Of a DNA stretch of 64,000 nt, positions 61,302 through 64,000 are shown piece after piece. Both the position numbers and the translations under genes were made by a program. Source of the DNA: Fistulifera solaris (lineage: Eukaryota); contig AP026131.1 of assembly GCA_030295235.1 (NCBI GenBank), positions 620,001 to 684,000 of the forward strand. Reading direction: 5' to 3'. Under the pieces are notes generated by a model. The model was not told the origin of the DNA, searched no databases, and saw only the letters and a list, made by a program, of their open reading frames with translations. Within the stretch, counting starts at the first letter, position 1; every line of letters begins with the position of its first letter.

Positions 61302-64000
61302 ATGTCTTCACCATCCAATTTATTAAAACAGAGTATGCGCCGCAGCACCGCACCTCAACATGCCGAAAGTGACAGTCAGTGCATGTCGCGGACATTGTTT
61401 CTGCGCTTGGTCTTTGTTGCTAGTCTAGTCACAGCAGCAGCAGTTTGTGGTTTGGTAGCGTTCCGTGTCATTCGAAATTTAGAGCAAGAGGTCGGAGAAC
61501 AGACTTATGAAAGCGTAGCAAACAGTGCACTCACAACAGCCCAAGAAATATCACTGCGCAAAATTCAGGGAGGAGATATTATGGCAACAATATTAAGCTA
61601 TGCCTTCCCAAACAAAGACGCGTGGCCTTTTGTGGCGTTAGATGGGTACGAAGTTATTGCCGGCAAAGTAGCGAACATGTCCGCATCATCGTCACAAATC
61701 GTAGCCGCTATTGTGCTTCCAGAACAGCGGGCCGACTTTGAAACGTTCGCACAAAATTTATACAGATCAAACAACTACCCAGAGACATCTGGCTTTAGTG
61801 ATTTTGGATTCGGGGCCTGGGCCGAAGATAATGAAACAAGCCCTTACGACGACGGGCGTGTTCACGATGTTAACGGAACAGTATCCCCACAAAGTGATCG
61901 AGACATTTTAATTATCCTTTACCAACACAACCTGGTAACTGCTAACAGCATCATGGCGAATCTGCATTCAATACCTGTCCAGGGTCACGCGCTGGTTCAA
62001 ATACTTGATTGCGTCGACAAATATGCGACAGAAGAGACACCCGCGCCTCAATGTGGCTTCATTACAGACTTCACGGAACTTATTCGACGACCCGGACCGG
62101 CTTGCATGATATTCAAGCCCATCTACCCTCAAAATGACCAAACGTCCGCGGTTGCATTTGCAGGAACCACCATGTACCTAGACGAAGTCTTGGTCAATGT
62201 CGTTCCGGACTATGTTAGAGGCTTGTACGTTGTCTTTTCCACCGACACAGAGTCGCATACGTTTCTGATGGATGAGGGAGTCCCGATACTTTTGGGAGAG
62301 GGGGACCTTCACGACCCTAGTTTTGACGAGTATGCCCGCTCGGCTGTTTTATATTCCGTGGAAACAAATGCAACAGGCAGTGCAACGTATACCATTACAT
62401 TGTATCCCAGTGACACGCTATTTGCGACGTTTGAAACGAACAGTCCGATGGTAGTATCACTTGGGCTGGTTATGGTGATATGCTTCAGCATCAGCATGTT
62501 CTTCCTGTACGACTACTTTATGAAATATGAGTCACACCAACGAAAGACTCTCTTGGAAATGAAACGCCGCTTCGTAAGATTTGTATCTCATGAAATCCGC
62601 ACCCCACTGAACACTGTTGGAATGGGGCTTGCGTTATTACAATCTGAGATGATGTCAGGTGTACTCGAGACACTACGCAGCAACTCACTGGTAGATTCTT
62701 TTGAAAGCAATGGTGAAATGAAGAGGAGTTCCAGTTCGCCTGAAATGGCGTTAGCAGCTGCAGGGAATATAACTCGAGCTTCAGAACCAGATTCGAAAGA
62801 CACGACGAAGAGCAGGCCTTATTATAGCAAGGAGCAAGTTGACTTGTGTCTCAAAAATTGGCTATCATTGACTAAAGAAATTCATGAGAATTCGGAAGCT
62901 GCTGTTGCTGTTCTAACTGATTTGCTGGATTTCGACAAGATTCAAACCGGGACTCTGAAGCTGGATGTCAGTAGAGTTCAAATATGGGAACTGGTCCACA
63001 GAACATCTAGTCAGTTTCAAATCCATGCAAACAACAAGCATGTTACTATGGATCTGGTGTTCCCTCAAGTATCCCTTGACACGATGGACCAAGGGCGCGT
63101 TATCAAGGAATTCGAGCATTTGCTTGTTATCGGCGATGACATGAAGCTTAGTCAGTGCCTACGAAACCTCATCTCTAACGCTTTGAAGTTCACTCCAGAA
63201 AGTGGGATAGTGACAATAGAAACGTCATATATGCCTAATGGCTTGCCAAATGTGCAGTCCACCGAGTACTGCTTCAAAGGCGATGTCTTTCCTCGTTCTG
63301 GCTCTGTTCGGATTTCCGTAAAGGATACTGGACCTGGTATGTCGTCAGAGCAACAGGAGCAGCTATTCCAGGAATTCGTGCAATTTGATCCTAACAAGCT
63401 TCAAGCAGGCGGTGGCAGTGGATTGGGTCTGTGTATTGCGAAGGAAATCATTGAGCAGCATAAAGGTTCTATTCTTGCTACATCAGAAGGATTGGGGAAG
63501 GGATCGACATTTATCATTGAGCTTCCTTTGTATAGTTTTCCGATTTATAGAGAAGATTCCTCATGTCGACAGTCAAATCAGACCTCAGTATCAGAAGAAA
63601 TTTCAGATCTGATCGCGAATTTTCACCACCACATCCTAGTTGTCGACGACGTTTTATCAAATCGAAAGTTCCTTGCCAAATTGTTGGAGCGGGCAGGGCA
63701 TACAGTGCAAGTTGCGAAGAATGGACAGGAAGCTATTGACGCAGTTAAGGACGATCTCGAAAAGTTGCAATCCGAGCGACACGTTCCCTTTGACACCATT
63801 CTCCTCGACTCCGAAATGCCAGTTCTCTGTGGACCAGAGGCAGCTAAGAGTATTCGAGAACTTCGGCACCCGGCAACAATCGTCGGATGCACGGGCAACG
63901 TTCTTCCAGAAGACGTGGCTTACTTCAAGTCATGCGGTGCAGCCACAGTGCTACCAAAACCTATCAAAATTTCAATGCTGGAGAGTTTTTGGCGAGAGCA
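61302..64000 (+). CDS. Membrane-bound hybrid sensor histidine kinase (TM - extracellular sensor - TM - HisKA - HATPase - receiver); 3' end outside the window
   Basis: Absent from the ORF track because no stop occurs in the window. ATG 61302 is in frame with H-box FVSHEIRTPLN (His codon 62589), LISNALKFT, DTGPGM, GSGLGL, and receiver ILVVDD..LLDSEMP..PKP. Confidence 0.92.
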   Translation, partial: MSSPSNLLKQSMRRSTAPQHAESDSQCMSRTLFLRLVFVASLVTAAAVCGLVAFRVIRNLEQEVGEQTYESVANSALTTAQEISLRKIQGGDIMATILSYAFPNKDAWPFVALDGYEVIAGKVANMSASSSQIVAAIVLPEQRADFETFAQNLYRSNNYPETSGFSDFGFGAWAEDNETSPYDDGRVHDVNGTVSPQSDRDILIILYQHNLVTANSIMANLHSIPVQGHALVQILDCVDKYATEETPAPQCGFITDFTELIRRPGPACMIFKPIYPQNDQTSAVAFAGTTMYLDEVLVNVVPDYVRGLYVVFSTDTESHTFLMDEGVPILLGEGDLHDPSFDEYARSAVLYSVETNATGSATYTITLYPSDTLFATFETNSPMVVSLGLVMVICFSISMFFLYDYFMKYESHQRKTLLEMKRRFVRFVSHEIRTPLNTVGMGLALLQSEMMSGVLETLRSNSLVDSFESNGEMKRSSSSPEMALAAAGNITRASEPDSKDTTKSRPYYSKEQVDLCLKNWLSLTKEIHENSEAAVAVLTDLLDFDKIQTGTLKLDVSRVQIWELVHRTSSQFQIHANNKHVTMDLVFPQVSLDTMDQGRVIKEFEHLLVIGDDMKLSQCLRNLISNALKFTPESGIVTIETSYMPNGLPNVQSTEYCFKGDVFPRSGSVRISVKDTGPGMSSEQQEQLFQEFVQFDPNKLQAGGGSGLGLCIAKEIIEQHKGSILATSEGLGKGSTFIIELPLYSFPIYREDSSCRQSNQTSVSEEISDLIANFHHHILVVDDVLSNRKFLAKLLERAGHTVQVAKNGQEAIDAVKDDLEKLQSERHVPFDTILLDSEMPVLCGPEAAKSIRELRHPATIVGCTGNVLPEDVAYFKSCGAATVLPKPIKISMLESFWRE

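Overview
Gene-dense eukaryotic nuclear DNA, most likely from a pennate diatom. This is an inference from the short GT-AG introns, bipartite 'A-x-A|F' plastid presequences and diatom-type gene families. About 25 protein-coding genes are supported, including ATG18, an FHA/NIPP1-like protein, a BT1 transporter, a polyprenyl diphosphate synthase, PGM2, ClpS, a longin R-SNARE, UTP14, HADHA, plastid-targeted DnaG and HflX, a sterol desaturase-like protein, PRP8, a RETSAT-like oxidoreductase and a membrane hybrid histidine kinase that runs off the right end. About 19 single-base frameshifts in short homopolymers, some in essential genes, look like long-read assembly errors. The unexplained signal is intergenic: (1) an A/B-alternating tandem array of a ~100-nt element at 56.7-57.7 kb, with a solo copy at 22.4 kb, whose hairpins show compensatory changes (candidate structured RNA); (2) a second, possibly structured ~140-bp dispersed repeat at 9.3-9.7 kb and 27.0 kb; (3) a family of palindromic CCAGAA(A/T)TTCTGG minisatellites with higher-order structure at three promoter-proximal sites; (4) a MITE with perfect 57-bp terminal inverted repeats (TIRs) and a 10-bp target-site duplication (TSD). 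All family assignments come from motif recognition by eye, not database searches.
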